DNA of 64,000 nucleotides from Octopus sinensis (Eukaryota): NCBI RefSeq assembly GCF_006345805.1, contig NC_043017.1, positions 14,012,001 to 14,076,000 of the forward strand, read 5' to 3'. Shown piece by piece: positions 52,312 to 64,000 of this stretch (position 1 is its first letter; each line of letters starts with the position of its first letter). The notes under the pieces were generated by a model. It saw only the letters and a program-made list of their open reading frames with translations, ran no database searches and was not told where the DNA came from. The position numbers and the translations under genes were made by a program.

Positions 52312-53515
52312 CTGAAAAACATTGCAGATAAATCACTCTATGTTTGAAATAACAAAACCATATCAATTTATTTTCATTACTTGATGAAATTACCAATGTT
52401 CAAAGTCATTACTTCACTTCTTATGGGCTAATGAATGACTCTCTATTTATATACTGCAAAGAATATACTGCAAAGAATAACAGTCAAGTAACCCACAATT
52501 CACAATCTGCTGTTTAAAAGAAGGAAGGACACATTGCACAGAGCAGTTCTAGGAAGAACTGGTCTGACCATAAAAAAAGAAGGACAACTATAATGGTCCT
52601 GGAAAGTCATTGATTACAGGTTGGCCTGATCAGGGTTGACCAAGTAAGCAATAACATCTAAATTTAAGCTATGAAAAATACATAACATAGTTTGGTAATC
52701 CTTAAAGTTGACAATCATCAAATCTAAATAAATAGGATTCACAACTTTGAGCCACATCTAATTATTGCTCTCACTTTTCTTATCACTCCTCAACTCTGAA
52801 TTTTCAAAGCTTCACATTTTAAATCATATATTGGTTGTATATTCTTTTTGAAATGTATTCACACACACACATACACCACCACCATCATCATCATCATCAT
52901 TTTAGTGTCCAGTTTTCATACTTGCATGGGTCAAACGAATTTTATTGAAGCAATTTTCTATAGCCAGATGCTTTTCCTGTCACCAATTCTCGTCTGTTTC
53001 CAAGCAAGTCCTTCAAACATGAATTTAACAAATGGCTTGACATGTTTTTACAGCTAATAGCAAATGAATGACATCCATGCTTGAAGTTCACAGACAGAAA
53101 CTATCTCAGAGTAATCACTGTTCTTGATTTGCAATAATAGACTTGATTCTGTTGTGCAATTCAAGACAACCATCTGGCCCTTGGATGGCTTTAGTGGAGT
53201 CTGGACCGTTGTAAGCATTCCAGTTAGGTCTGGTGTTCCTTTGTTCCTCCCATCAGTCACAGAGTCTCTGGGAAAGGTCATAGGGTGCTGTCCTTCTTCT
53301 AACTACATCATATAAACATTAGATGTATACATTGAAATAAGAGAACATGAACTTGGTCTGAAAAATAATGATACACAGCTAAACAGTATTTATATAACAT
53401 TAGTTTGTAAAGTAAAAGGTTAAATATTTTATAATGAGCAGGTTTTTAAAATGAATAAAGATTATATAACATATTGGTAGAAAGAGAAAAATAGAGATTT
53501 ATAACGAGAACTTAC

Positions 53516-53679
53516 AGTCAAGTTTTCTCCAGGTTCCACCCTACCAGCAGGTGCATACCAAGTTCCAAAGCATGAAGATTTAGCTTCTTGCATCATAAGA
53601 ACTTGATTTAACTTATCAAAAATTATTCCACATACTATGTAGCCTACAGTTTTTTTCACCACAGGGACATACTGGCTGC
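53516..53679 (-). CDS. NUDT18: NUDT18-like exon 2 (first half of the Nudix box)
   Basis: ttttccag acceptor and gtaagt donor, phase 1/0. VLMMQEAKSSCFGTWYAPAGRVEPGENLT spliced to exon 3 gives GX5EX7REUXEEXGU exactly. Confidence 0.95.
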
Positions 53680-53734
53680 CTGGAAAATAATAACAAAATC
53701 AAATGTAATTAGTTAATTAAATTTATAATTCTAT

Positions 53735-55043
53735 AGGTGGCCCTGCTCGATCTGTAGAAAAGGTGTAGGTAGAAACTCCATAAGATGTACCCAGTGTAAG
53801 CTATGGACGCATAAGAGGTGCAGCAACATCAAAGGAAAATTAACCGAGAAGATAGCTTTTGTGTGCGGCAGATGCACAGGGGCAATAGACACCACAGATA
53901 CACAGAAAACAGATTCCATCACACTCCTGGGGGAGAAACTAGAAGTAGTTGATAGTTTCCGCTACCTACATGACCAAGTTAGTAGTAGGGGTGGATGCTC
54001 AGAGAGTGTCATCACTAGAATAAGAATAGCCTGGGAAAAGTTTAGAAAGCTCCTACCCCTACTGGTGACAAAGGGTCTCTCGTTCAGAGTAAAAGGTAGA
54101 TTGTACGACATATGTGTGCAAACTTCTATGCTTCACGGTAGTGAAACATGGGCTGTGACTGCAGAGGACATGCGTAGGCTTGAAAGAAATGAAGCTAGCA
54201 TGATCTGCTGGATGGGTAATGTCAGTGTGCATACTCGATAGAATGTAAGTGCCCTGAGAGAAATGCTGGACATAAGAAGCATTGGATGTGGCGTGCAAGA
54301 GAGACGTCTGTGCTGGTATGGTCATGTACTGTGCTGGTATGGTCATGATGAGGAGAGATGTGTGAAGAAGTGCCACTTCCAGACAGTTGAAGGAATCTGG
54401 GGTACAGGTAGACCCAGGAAGACATGGGATGAGGTGGTCAAGCATGATCTTCGAACGTTGGGCCTCACAGAGGCAATGACGAAAGACCGAGATCTCTGGA
54501 GATATGCTGTGACTGCGAAAACCTGACAAATAACATGAGTTCATGGCTGTTTCCTGCACCAGCTTAACATAGCAGCCCCAGACATCCAAAGTACCTTTGG
54601 ATTGCAGGACGGCTTGCAGTGCATACCTTGGATTGTAGGGCGACCTGCTGTGCTTGAGGAGACCTATTAAGTCGAGTATATCAACATCAAAATAAAAATT
54701 AAATGGAAATTGTAGTTGTGATACCTGTGCCGGTGGCATGTAAAAAGCACCATCCGAATGTGGCCAATGTCAGTGTCGCCTCGACTGGCCTCTGTGCCGG
54801 TGGCACGTAAAATGCACCAACTGATTGTGGCTGTTGCCAGCCACCCCTGGCACCTGTGCCAGTGGCATGTAAAAAGCACCCACTACACTCACGGAGTGGT
54901 TGGTGTTAGGAAGAGCATCCAGCTGTAGAAACACTGCCAGATCAAGACTGGAGCCTGGTGCAGCCTCCTGGCTTCCCAGACCCCAGTCGAACCATCCAAC
55001 CCATGCTAGCATAGAAAATGGACGTTAAACGATGATGATGATA
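53735..55043 (+). mobile_element. 5'-truncated RTE LINE in NUDT18 intron 1 (antisense)
   Basis: Colinear with 30445-31780; (gat)n tail. Confidence 0.92.
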
Positions 55044-57369
55044 ATTTAAAATGAACTTTAGTGTGACAAATCTTTTGATGCATTAATAAATATAATAAAA
55101 GGTATTGTTTCTATTAGACTTGGGCAACAAGAGAAATTAGTATCCTCAAAAATAATTCTTATTGTTGATTTGTTTAGAAATAGAGGTGGATGGATAAGGA
55201 GTACTTGAGCAAAGATGACACAAGATCAACCATCTCTGACAAACATAGGCCATTATAGTAGCCATAGAATAAACAAGAGGAGATAAAGAACATTTATGGG
55301 CCTGAGGTTAGTGCAGTGGGGTGGATCTTTTTTTCTCTTTTTTTTTAGCTATACTTGAGGATTTCTGTATGAATAACAGCTGCACCATCCTCGGTGTAGG
55401 AGTTTGGGGAGTGGTCTCACTTGATTTTTGCAGAGAGTTAGTAGTTGTTCAAGGGTTAATTTTCTGTCACCATGAATTATTATTCCAACCCCTTCTGTAC
55501 CATAATTTAGCCTGATCCAAACTGATTAAGCTTACTTAACATTCTCAGAAACCAATACATGTCTCAGACCATGTTAAATGCTTTCACAACCATGGGGAAC
55601 AATTTGGCTCAATCATTGTCAGAAAAAAGTGTCTAGTGGTGATTTGTCAAAGACTTTTATACATTACGAGTCTAACTTTCAACAAAGTCAATTTTGTCTT
55701 GCATTTTTCTGGAGTTGATAAAGTAACAGTTTAAATCTATTGGCAGAATCAGAACTCAAAACATAAAGCCAAAAGAAATGCCATGAAGCATTTTGCCTGA
55801 CATGCAAATGCTTCTGCCAGCTCTCTGCCATAATAATAATAATAATGGTTTCTTTATCAAGAATTGATATGATCACTGAAAAGGGTACAATGTGGAATTA
55901 CCTTAAAGCTTGTAAAGAAGATAATAACAAGATAACAAATTCAACCAAAAAATAATTCCTCACAAACAAGGAGACTTTCAAGAGCTACTGCTGGAAACCC
56001 CACAAAATCACACTCACCCTGACCACTAAGGCAAGTACTCTCTCCAAGTTGTTCTCATCCAATATACAGGCAAATGCTCAGAGCAGGCCCATGCACTCAA
56101 ACTATGTTTACCCCTCTCATCTACATTTGAACAAATTTTCTGGAAAATAACACTTTTCTTTACACCACGTTTTCTTTTCAAATGAAGATGAAGGTCTTTG
56201 TATTCAGCTCTTTTGCTCTCCTCCATCACAAAACATCTGCTAAAGTCACTAGACTAATAAAGACTACCTGTCCTTCCTGACAAAAGAGAGGTGGTGGGTT
56301 GATCTTCACAATGAATTTAGCTGCCCCACATGTAACAGGAGATGTTGGACATAACCTCACAAGTCAGCAACACTCAGACACTGGCCAAGAGCATGCAGAA
56401 TGGTTTTGTTGCTCTCTGTGCATCTTACACAGGCCTATCTGATGGCCTGTCAATGCCCACCCCACCCTGGTAGTGCTGCCAGGCCAGGAATTTCTGGAAA
56501 TTATCCCTGGGGCCCAAGCCCAAGGCTCCTCCAGATCAGACCAGACCACTGATTTTCAATAACACCAGAATTTCCCCAAGAATGTTACTTTTATCAGCAA
56601 CTAATCCTCTATAAAATGCCAATGTGGTGCTTTCAATGGCTGTAGTGCTCAACTGGTAAAGGGCTGTGAGTGCTTGACAATATTCAAGATGCCAAGCAGT
56701 ATGTCTCAGTCTTTGCTTGATCCAGGCCAAGTTGAAGAGAAGAGGTGTGGGGGGGAAATGTGTCAGACAAATGAGAACCACACCTGTCAAGAAATTACTT
56801 GAAATGTCACATTCTTTGTGCACCATCAACTTTAGCATGTCAAGTCCTCCACTCAGCCAGTAATAATACCAAATGTACCACCTGACCATTGGAACATGTC
56901 CCTTTCACAAAAAGCAGAGCAATTCTTGTTATATTTAGAAAATAAATTGGTAGCTCCATGAAAGAATCAAAAGTACTCAGCCTTCCAGGGGTAGAGAGAC
57001 CTTAAATGCCAGGAAGGTATGAAGGCGTGCATAAGGTGTGAAACCATATATAAGGAAATTGCATATTGTGAATACTGTTTATTGTAAATATGTCACTGGT
57101 CCATTAATATTAGTGCACTTCAACACAGATTAAGGTAGCTATTTAGTTTCGTTGGTAGTTTGACCAGTCATTTGGTGGAGATTACTGAATTTAAAAGATC
57201 ATATGTGAATAGTTATATTTACATAAACTGGACCACATCACACAAATCTCCCTTCAAAAAATGGTATAGGGGGTTGGGCATAACAAAGAGATTTTATTGC
57301 ATTTGTGACTTTGAGACAAAATATATCTTTTACAAATGTTCACTACCTTACAAAAACTATATCAGCTAA

Positions 57370-57700
57370 ATAAATGGCCTTCCCTAAATGCATTGAAAAC
57401 ATCATAACATAATCTGAACCCTATTTCATAAAATTATCGCCGTTTGCGTTGAGCATATAAAAGACAAATTTAGCTGGGGGAGGAAATGCCATAATGGTTA
57501 AGAGGACAAATATCCATCAAATGTAAATAAAATGTTCTGTATAGCTTCTTCATGATCTGCTGGATTGGCTCTCTTCCCGATATATGTATACAGTATGCAG
57601 TTAAAGAGAAGAAATTATTGAAATTAGTCATTACTCATTTTACCCCATTATAGACCATATTTTTGAGACTTGAAAATGATCAAATTAAACAATAGTGTTC
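57370..57700 (+). repeat. Dispersed repeat; second copy at about 62935-63300
   Basis: Shared gagcatataaa-gacaaatttagctggggg and tctgctggattggctct...gaagaaattattgaaat blocks. Confidence 0.8.
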
Positions 57701-57937
57701 TCCTTTTCTCCCTTTTAAAAATACAATTATAAGATGGAAACAGTTTTAAAATAACTTTTAAATATTCCCCGAAAACATCGAAAGTCATGAAAGATGTTTT
57801 CTATTTATTGATGATCGTAAACACTGGCTGAAAATAGACACAAAAAAAAGGGCAAAGTCTGAGGTTAAACTAAAGCGAAAACGTAAAAAGGGAGACTGGT
57901 TTGGACGAAAAACGAATATGTAAGCACGAATACTCAC

Positions 57938-58025
57938 TTGTACGAATTATATCGGGCTCCTTGCTCGCCAAATCAACAGCTTTTCTGTCAAATAAAAGTC
58001 TGATGTCATTCGCTATTTTCTCCAT
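57938..58025 (-). CDS. NUDT18: NUDT18-like exon 1 (start codon)
   Basis: gccATGG Kozak context, MEKIANDIRLLFDRKAVDLASKEPDIIRT, gtgagt donor in phase 1. The total CDS is 984 nt (327 aa). Confidence 0.85.
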
Positions 58026-58162
58026 GGCTTAACTGTCAAACGATTGTTTAAACACCGATATCAACATTAGACGTCGCCAAGACGATAGGTAAAGTATTTA
58101 GTTTAGTAATTTAATGTCAAAGTCTCAGCATACGCAGGCAGACAGACAGATAGATAGATAGG

Positions 58163-58209
<47 letters not shown>

Positions 58210-59000
58210 GCAGATAGATAGATATGTACACAGAGAGCGATTTCTGCGTTGATACTGCTAAATGGATCGTAATTTCACCCGTCAAAGAATCCAGACATTA
58301 AATGAGGGCTCATAGTTATTAAATACACTCACAGTTGGGTTTCAGAAGCGTATTGGAGGGAGTTGAGAAACTTCCGTTAACCGATGTCACCCGTGCAGAT
58401 TATTCGAGAGAAAGCCGAAAAGACGAATTCGAATTCGAAAGAAAACAATCAGCAAGGGAGATAACTCTAATCACTGGCGCAACCCTTGGCCGTCGCCGTT
58501 TCGATAGTCCTCTCGTTAACCACACGGCTCTTTCTCTCTCAGCCAAACAGGAGAACAAATCGACCAGTTTCGATTGTTTATTACAGTTTATTCGTTGTTC
58601 ATCCTACTGATTAAACTGGTAGCTAGCAGCTTAGTAGATAAAAGTGTCGCTGAAATTAGGTGCAATATAATAAAACTTACAGCTTACGGAATAATGTCGC
58701 AAGTAAAATACGTCACCGATTTTGCATATCTCTTCATTTAGAAACAGTGCGAATTAACAACTAAAATAAAACATCGAGAAACCGATGTGTAGATATGTTC
58801 ATACACGTGTATAACTTCTGATGAGAGGACAGTAACTAGATAATGTAGCAATACTCGCAATGTAATGATTTCGAACAGGTAGGGAGAAAGTAAGCTGTTC
58901 TAGAGCTCACGCGGTACAGAAAGAAAAGCTTGGAGGATCTGTTTACACATGTTAATTCTATGTTTATTAAATATATATACGTAAACTTATTCACAGTTTT
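58026..59000 (-). promoter_or_regulatory. Probable NUDT18 promoter/5'UTR region (CpG-retaining) containing (AGAT)n at about 58140-58225
   Basis: CpG dinucleotides are visibly more frequent than in the CpG-depleted introns, and the region lies directly upstream of the ATG. Confidence 0.55.
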
Positions 59001-59476
59001 ACTCCAAGTTCATTCATGTGAAATTTTGGAAAATAAAATTGATACAAATGCGAATAGATCTAGTCTTTAAAACCAACTTGTTAAAAGTAACGGACAAGTT
59101 TTTGACTAAGACTTAGAGACATTCTCACAATATTTGGAAATGGAAGGGGAGAGAGCTGAGGGACAGTAACGCAAAGTGATCTATATAACAAGTACACGTA
59201 CGGTAGAGTCTCACATATGTTATACAGTAAGTCGAAAAACTTAAATTAACTGAGATAATCTATGCGACTCTTGACGCAGTTGACATTCTGTAGAGATGAT
59301 GAACCGTTGATTCGTCCAGCTTTCTGTGTCTTCTTCGCAGCGACTCAACGTTTATCAAATATATCGCGTATGATTTTAGGGTACTAATGCATAAACATTA
59401 AAATAAAATCCGCGATAATAAAGAGTTCATATATACACACTCAATATAAATCAATGGTGTTCAAAGTACGAAAGTG

Positions 59477-60266
59477 GGATCTTTTCGGTTTGAACGGCAG
59501 TTTTTAACCTAATTTCTAGGTAACTAAAAAATTTTAAACTTCGTATACTGGTAGAATGTGTTTATAAAACATAATTTCTCTTGGCTTTATTGAGAAAATT
59601 CTATAGGTTGTAAGATATTTCATCTTTAATTTCGAGCATTTCGGCAGTTTTAACCAATCGCTTACGTCCATTTAGATAAATAACATTCTGTGCATAATGA
59701 ATATGTCCCTCCTTTAAGAAACAGATTGGGTTTATTTACATTTGTGAAGAAAAAAATATACCCTTCCCCCACCCTTAACCCTAAATCTAAAATAGATTGA
59801 AATGCAATAGATCGATACTAGGGCCATAATTATGGGTGACATTTTCATTTGACACCGCTAGAAAAAAATCCCATTTTCCGTAGGGGTGTCGTATGAAATT
59901 GTCACCCATAATTATAACCCTAGTATCGATCTATAACATTTCAATCTATTTTAGATTTAGGGTTAGGGGTGGAGGAAGGGTATCTTTTTTCTTCGCAAAT
60001 GTAAATAAACCCAATCTGTTTCTTAAAGGAGGGACATATTCATTATGCACAGAATGTTATTTACCTAAATGGACGTAAGCGATTGGTTAAAACTGCCGAA
60101 ATGCTCGAAATTAAAGACGAAATATGTTACAACATATAGAATTTTCTCAATTAAAGCCAAGAAAAAAATGATGTTTTATAAACACATTCTACCAGTATAC
60201 AAAGCTTAAAAGTGTTTAGTTAACTAGAAATTATGTTACAAAGTGCCGTTCAAAAGGAAAAGATCC
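59477..60266. repeat. Long inverted repeat (~380-bp arms, 28-nt spacer) of a MITE-like element; third partial copy at 60268-60360
   Basis: ggatcttttcggtttgaacggc ... gccgttcaaaaggaaaagatcc; arms 59477-59856 and 59885-60266 are colinear reverse complements. Confidence 0.93.
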
Positions 60267-60371
60267 AGAGATTGAAATGCAATAGATCGATTCTAGGGTC
60301 ATAATTATGGGTGACAATTTCATATCACACCGCTAGAAAAAGCTGTCGTTTAGACCGAAAATGAGGTTTCG

Positions 60372-60465
60372 ATGTTCAAAGTGCGAAAATTTGGATTTTA
60401 TGTTCAAAATACGAAAATTTGGTTTTTATGTTGAAAATACGAAAATTTGGTTTTTATGTTGAAAA
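60372..60465 (+). repeat. ~28-bp tandem repeat x3.5 (atgttcaaaatacgaaaatttggttttt)
   Basis: Seen directly. Confidence 0.85.
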
Positions 60466-61169
60466 GATAGCTCTGTATGAACGACAGCCATAATTGTTTA
60501 GTGAAAGCAGATCGGAGAAGAAAGGTGAATATTTATCAAACACTGAATGTATATAAAGTCTAGTTTTGACTATTTCTCTACCTTTCAATATATGTGCATG
60601 TATGTATTATCTATCGTGTCTGGGTGAACCCTTCATTTAACATCCAGCAATAAACACAAAGCAAAACCCGAGCCGCATTCCAACCCTAAAATGCTTCTGA
60701 GATGTTTTTGTTCTTCTATCGCCGATTTATATAAAAATATATATTTTACAAAGAAATGTTGTTGATGCATCGGGACGTCTGTATTTAAGTAGTGCTGTGA
60801 AACTAACACTTTTTGTATGCTCTTGAATGGCTTACAAACATCTGCAATTGTTTTTGTTTCAGCGTACGATCTCAGATCAAGTCACTTGCTATGCAAGTAC
60901 ATTTCCATAATTTTTTTTAAATCACTGTGGATAAATCCAGCAGTGACCTTCTCGGGCTCTCCAGCATTTTAATTTCTAAACAGAAACAATCGGGGACAAG
61001 GAGTGGGGTTGCAAAAAAACTCATAATTTCTCAAATTTTCTTTTTTATAGCATATGATGAATATATTAAAGGGGAAAAAATATTGAGAGTAATAAAGAAA
61101 CAAGGAGGGTTGTCTTTGGATGTGTTAGAAACAACAGCCAAATCACCCTTAAATCACGTTTTCCTCTGA

Positions 61170-61683
61170 AATATTAACATTAAAAAAATTTTTTTACCGA
61201 AAATGCTCTTCCCATGGTTTTGAAGTGCAAAAAAAAATTGGCCAAAATTGGGTGATGAGGGAGGATGTGTTAAAAAAAAAGTTTTGAAAACTTCATGCAA
61301 AGGTGACACCCACCCCCCAAGGCTGTGGTTTTTAAAAAATGGGGAAAATCCCTGAAAAAATTTTCCACACAGATTTCTGTATAACTATGTAATCTATGCT
61401 ATTTGAAAGGGATTTGTATAAATTTTTAATGCAAGATACCCATCTTCCTGAAAGTTATGAGGGAAAAAAGTCAGATCATGTGAATTTTCCAGAACTCCTC
61501 TCTCCATCCCCTCTCAAAAATTCTTTCTTATAAATCTCTATATACTCTGAAGCTACATCTCAGTGGTATTTGTAGAAAATTTTGTTAAAAAGTATCCATT
61601 TTTCTGGATGTTATGAGGCAACAAAGTTGGGGCATATACATCTGTAATATACATCTGTTGTAATGCCCTTTTATTTATAAGAT
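61170..61683 (+). mobile_element. Possible non-autonomous Helitron/Helentron-like remnant
   Basis: Repeated gttatgagg blocks and a ttttatttataagat end; recognised by general resemblance only. Confidence 0.35.
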
Positions 61684-61868
61684 TGTTTCATTTCACGTTT
61701 ATTTCATTCATTGTTTGCAATGTTCTCCCCCCCACACACACACACACTGCAAAGCTTACAGATGGGCTGCTGAGTCTCTGTGTTGCTTTGCGTTTGACTA
61801 GCGTGAGATGTTTGCTTAAAAAAGGAGAGATTATGACAGTGATAAAAATAACGAAAGCATTATTATAC

Positions 61869-62232
61869 AAGGATGTTTTCTTTTCACATATGTGTAATGC
61901 TATCATATATAAAATGCATACACGTTATGCCAGTTAATAACGAAAATATTTGTTTCATTTAAATAAAACTAGCAGAAAGCCTGAACTCCAGGCGGTTTTC
62001 TTGCTAGTCTTTAATAATATTTTCACTATGTAAAATATGTAAAATATAAAAATTATTAAAATTGGGAATCAAATGTGAAAATATTATTAAAGACTAGCAA
62101 GAAAACCGCCTAGAGTTCAGGCTTTCTGCTAGTTTTATTTAAATGAAACAAATATTTTCGTTATTAACTGGCATAACGTGTATGCATTTTATATATGATA
62201 GCATTACACATATGTGAAAAGAAAACATCCTT
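61869..62232. repeat. Near-perfect inverted repeat (158-bp arms, 48-nt spacer)
   Basis: 61869-62026 versus 62075-62232; only one mismatch seen by eye (ctccagg vs cctagag). Confidence 0.95.
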
Positions 62233-64000
62233 ACTCAATTTCTTAAGCAAAAATAAGACAGTGAAACAAAAGAATTTTAGTCATTTATTAACAGTATAGG
62301 AAAACATATAAATTGAGTATCATGGCATTACATTTACATTCAATATTTTTAATGCTAAGACAAATATTCCAGCTGATGTCACAAAGAAACCCTATCACAG
62401 ACTTGTGGTTCTGTTGAGCAACTCACTTTTTACTTCACTGTTCACATCGGATTCATGTCTGCTAAACAAAACTAGAAGTCCTGCATGTTACACTCCCAAA
62501 TATTCTGATGAGTTAATTATACCTTCATTAAATAGGGTTAGAGCAGAATTGCACTTTTGACTTGGAGAAAAACAAATATTTTTGTTTACAAATGTTCATC
62601 CTCATCATCGTTTTATGTTCGTTTTTCATGCCGGCATGGGTTGGACGGTTCGACTGGGGCCTGCCACGTTCGGATGGCACTTTTTACATGCCACCAGCAT
62701 AGGAATCACAACTACAATTTCCATTTGAATGTGATTCGATTTGATTTTGATGTACTTGACTCAATAGGTCTCCTTAAGCACAGCATGTCACCCTATGCTC
62801 CAAGGAACTTTTGAGTGGGCTGGTTATGTGACACTGGTGTGGGTTACAGCTCACTACCTTACAAAAATCATATCAGTCAAGCAAATGCCCTGCATTAAAA
62901 ACACTAACATATTCAGGACACTATCTCATAAGATTAGCGCCATTCTCTTTGAGCATATAAAGGACAAATTTAGCTGGGGGAAAATGAGTAAGACAAAATA
63001 AAGTAAATTTGCCACTTTAATTCTCCAGAATTACATTTGAAAAAAGACTCAGCAAAATTTTAAAATATCATAGTATATCATAGAAAAATGACACATGATA
63101 TGAAATTAATGAAATTCGACTAAATCTTAAAACTCAGCATAAAATATTCTCTAAGATTTCTTCACAATCTGCTGGATTGGCTCTTTTCCTGATATATTTA
63201 TACAGCATGCAGTTAGGAAGAAGAAATTATTGAAATAAGTCATTTTGCCCCATTTTAGACATCATTTTTTAAAATTTGAAAATTATCGTATTAGACAGTA
63301 GTGTGGGAAAAAATTGACTTGGAATCCAACAGAAAAAAAGAATATCGTTGTTAAACCCCAAATGTTATCCAGATCTTTTATTAGCAACCTCTCAATTGAA
63401 TCAAAAAGTTAAGGAAAAATTTCTTGAAAAAAATGTATCTGTCACATGACTGTATCAGATTCTCTCAACTTCAACAAGAACAATTGTGCAGACCAATTTT
63501 TACTCCAAAAGATGATGCAAACAGGTAGAGAAAAAATAATGAGAAATCAGAAATTACTCCATTTATTCCAGTTACCAATTCATCCCTCTCCTGTATATTA
63601 TATTTAAACAAAAAAAAAAAAAGAAATTGGCTCTAAATATTTAAATAAATATTGTTTATTGAAAAAAAATTTTTTATGTTCATGTTTGTATTGTATTAGT
63701 TTTGTATTAGTATTGTTTTATTAGTTACTTTGTGATTTACAACTGTTATATAAAATATGGATCTATTTGTCTTTCTCTACTTAACTGTATGTTTATCTGC
63801 TTTTGACTTTCCTACTTCTCTGTTTGCCAGTCTGTTTATCTACTCATCTTTCTCTGTCTGACTCTCTCTTTCTCATTGTGTTTGTTTCTGTCAGTCTTTC
63901 TCTGTCTATCATATTTGTGTATCTGACTATATACTTATCTTTGTCTACCTATCTTGCTGTCTGTCTCTATTAATGTGTTTATATATCTGCCAGTATTCCC

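Noticed and set aside
55880-57050. GC-richer block with several short ORFs in NUDT18 intron 1
   Set aside because: No recognisable domain or consistent splice signals; probably an old decayed element.
58815-58880. ctgatgag hammerhead-like core
   Set aside because: No stem II followed by GAAA and no cleavage triplet with stem I.
62503-62555. ctgatgag hammerhead-like core
   Set aside because: No downstream GAAA box in a compatible structure.

Overview
This is AT-rich eukaryotic (animal) genomic DNA dominated by decayed transposons. The repeat families and microsatellite style suggest an octopus/cephalopod; this is an inference. Two spliced genes can be assembled by hand from GT-AG signals. 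(1) A 7-exon NUDT18-type Nudix hydrolase on the minus strand (58025->42385, 327 aa, perfect Nudix box). (2) A 3-exon plus-strand gene absent from the ORF track (6699-6753, 18548-18694, 32572-32648), encoding a 92-aa precursor with a signal peptide and a 74-aa mature region with 8 cysteines; this is a candidate secreted toxin/defence/signalling peptide. Its two 12-14 kb introns are packed with nested R4/Dong-like, Tx1/L1, RTE and Penelope retroelements. NUDT18 introns carry Penelope-type minimal hammerhead ribozymes, one with a U3-A8 compensatory core. Also present are Gypsy, Tc1, mariner and piggyBac remnants, SINEs, and two long inverted repeats upstream of NUDT18. No searches or folding programs were run, and most repeat boundaries are approximate.
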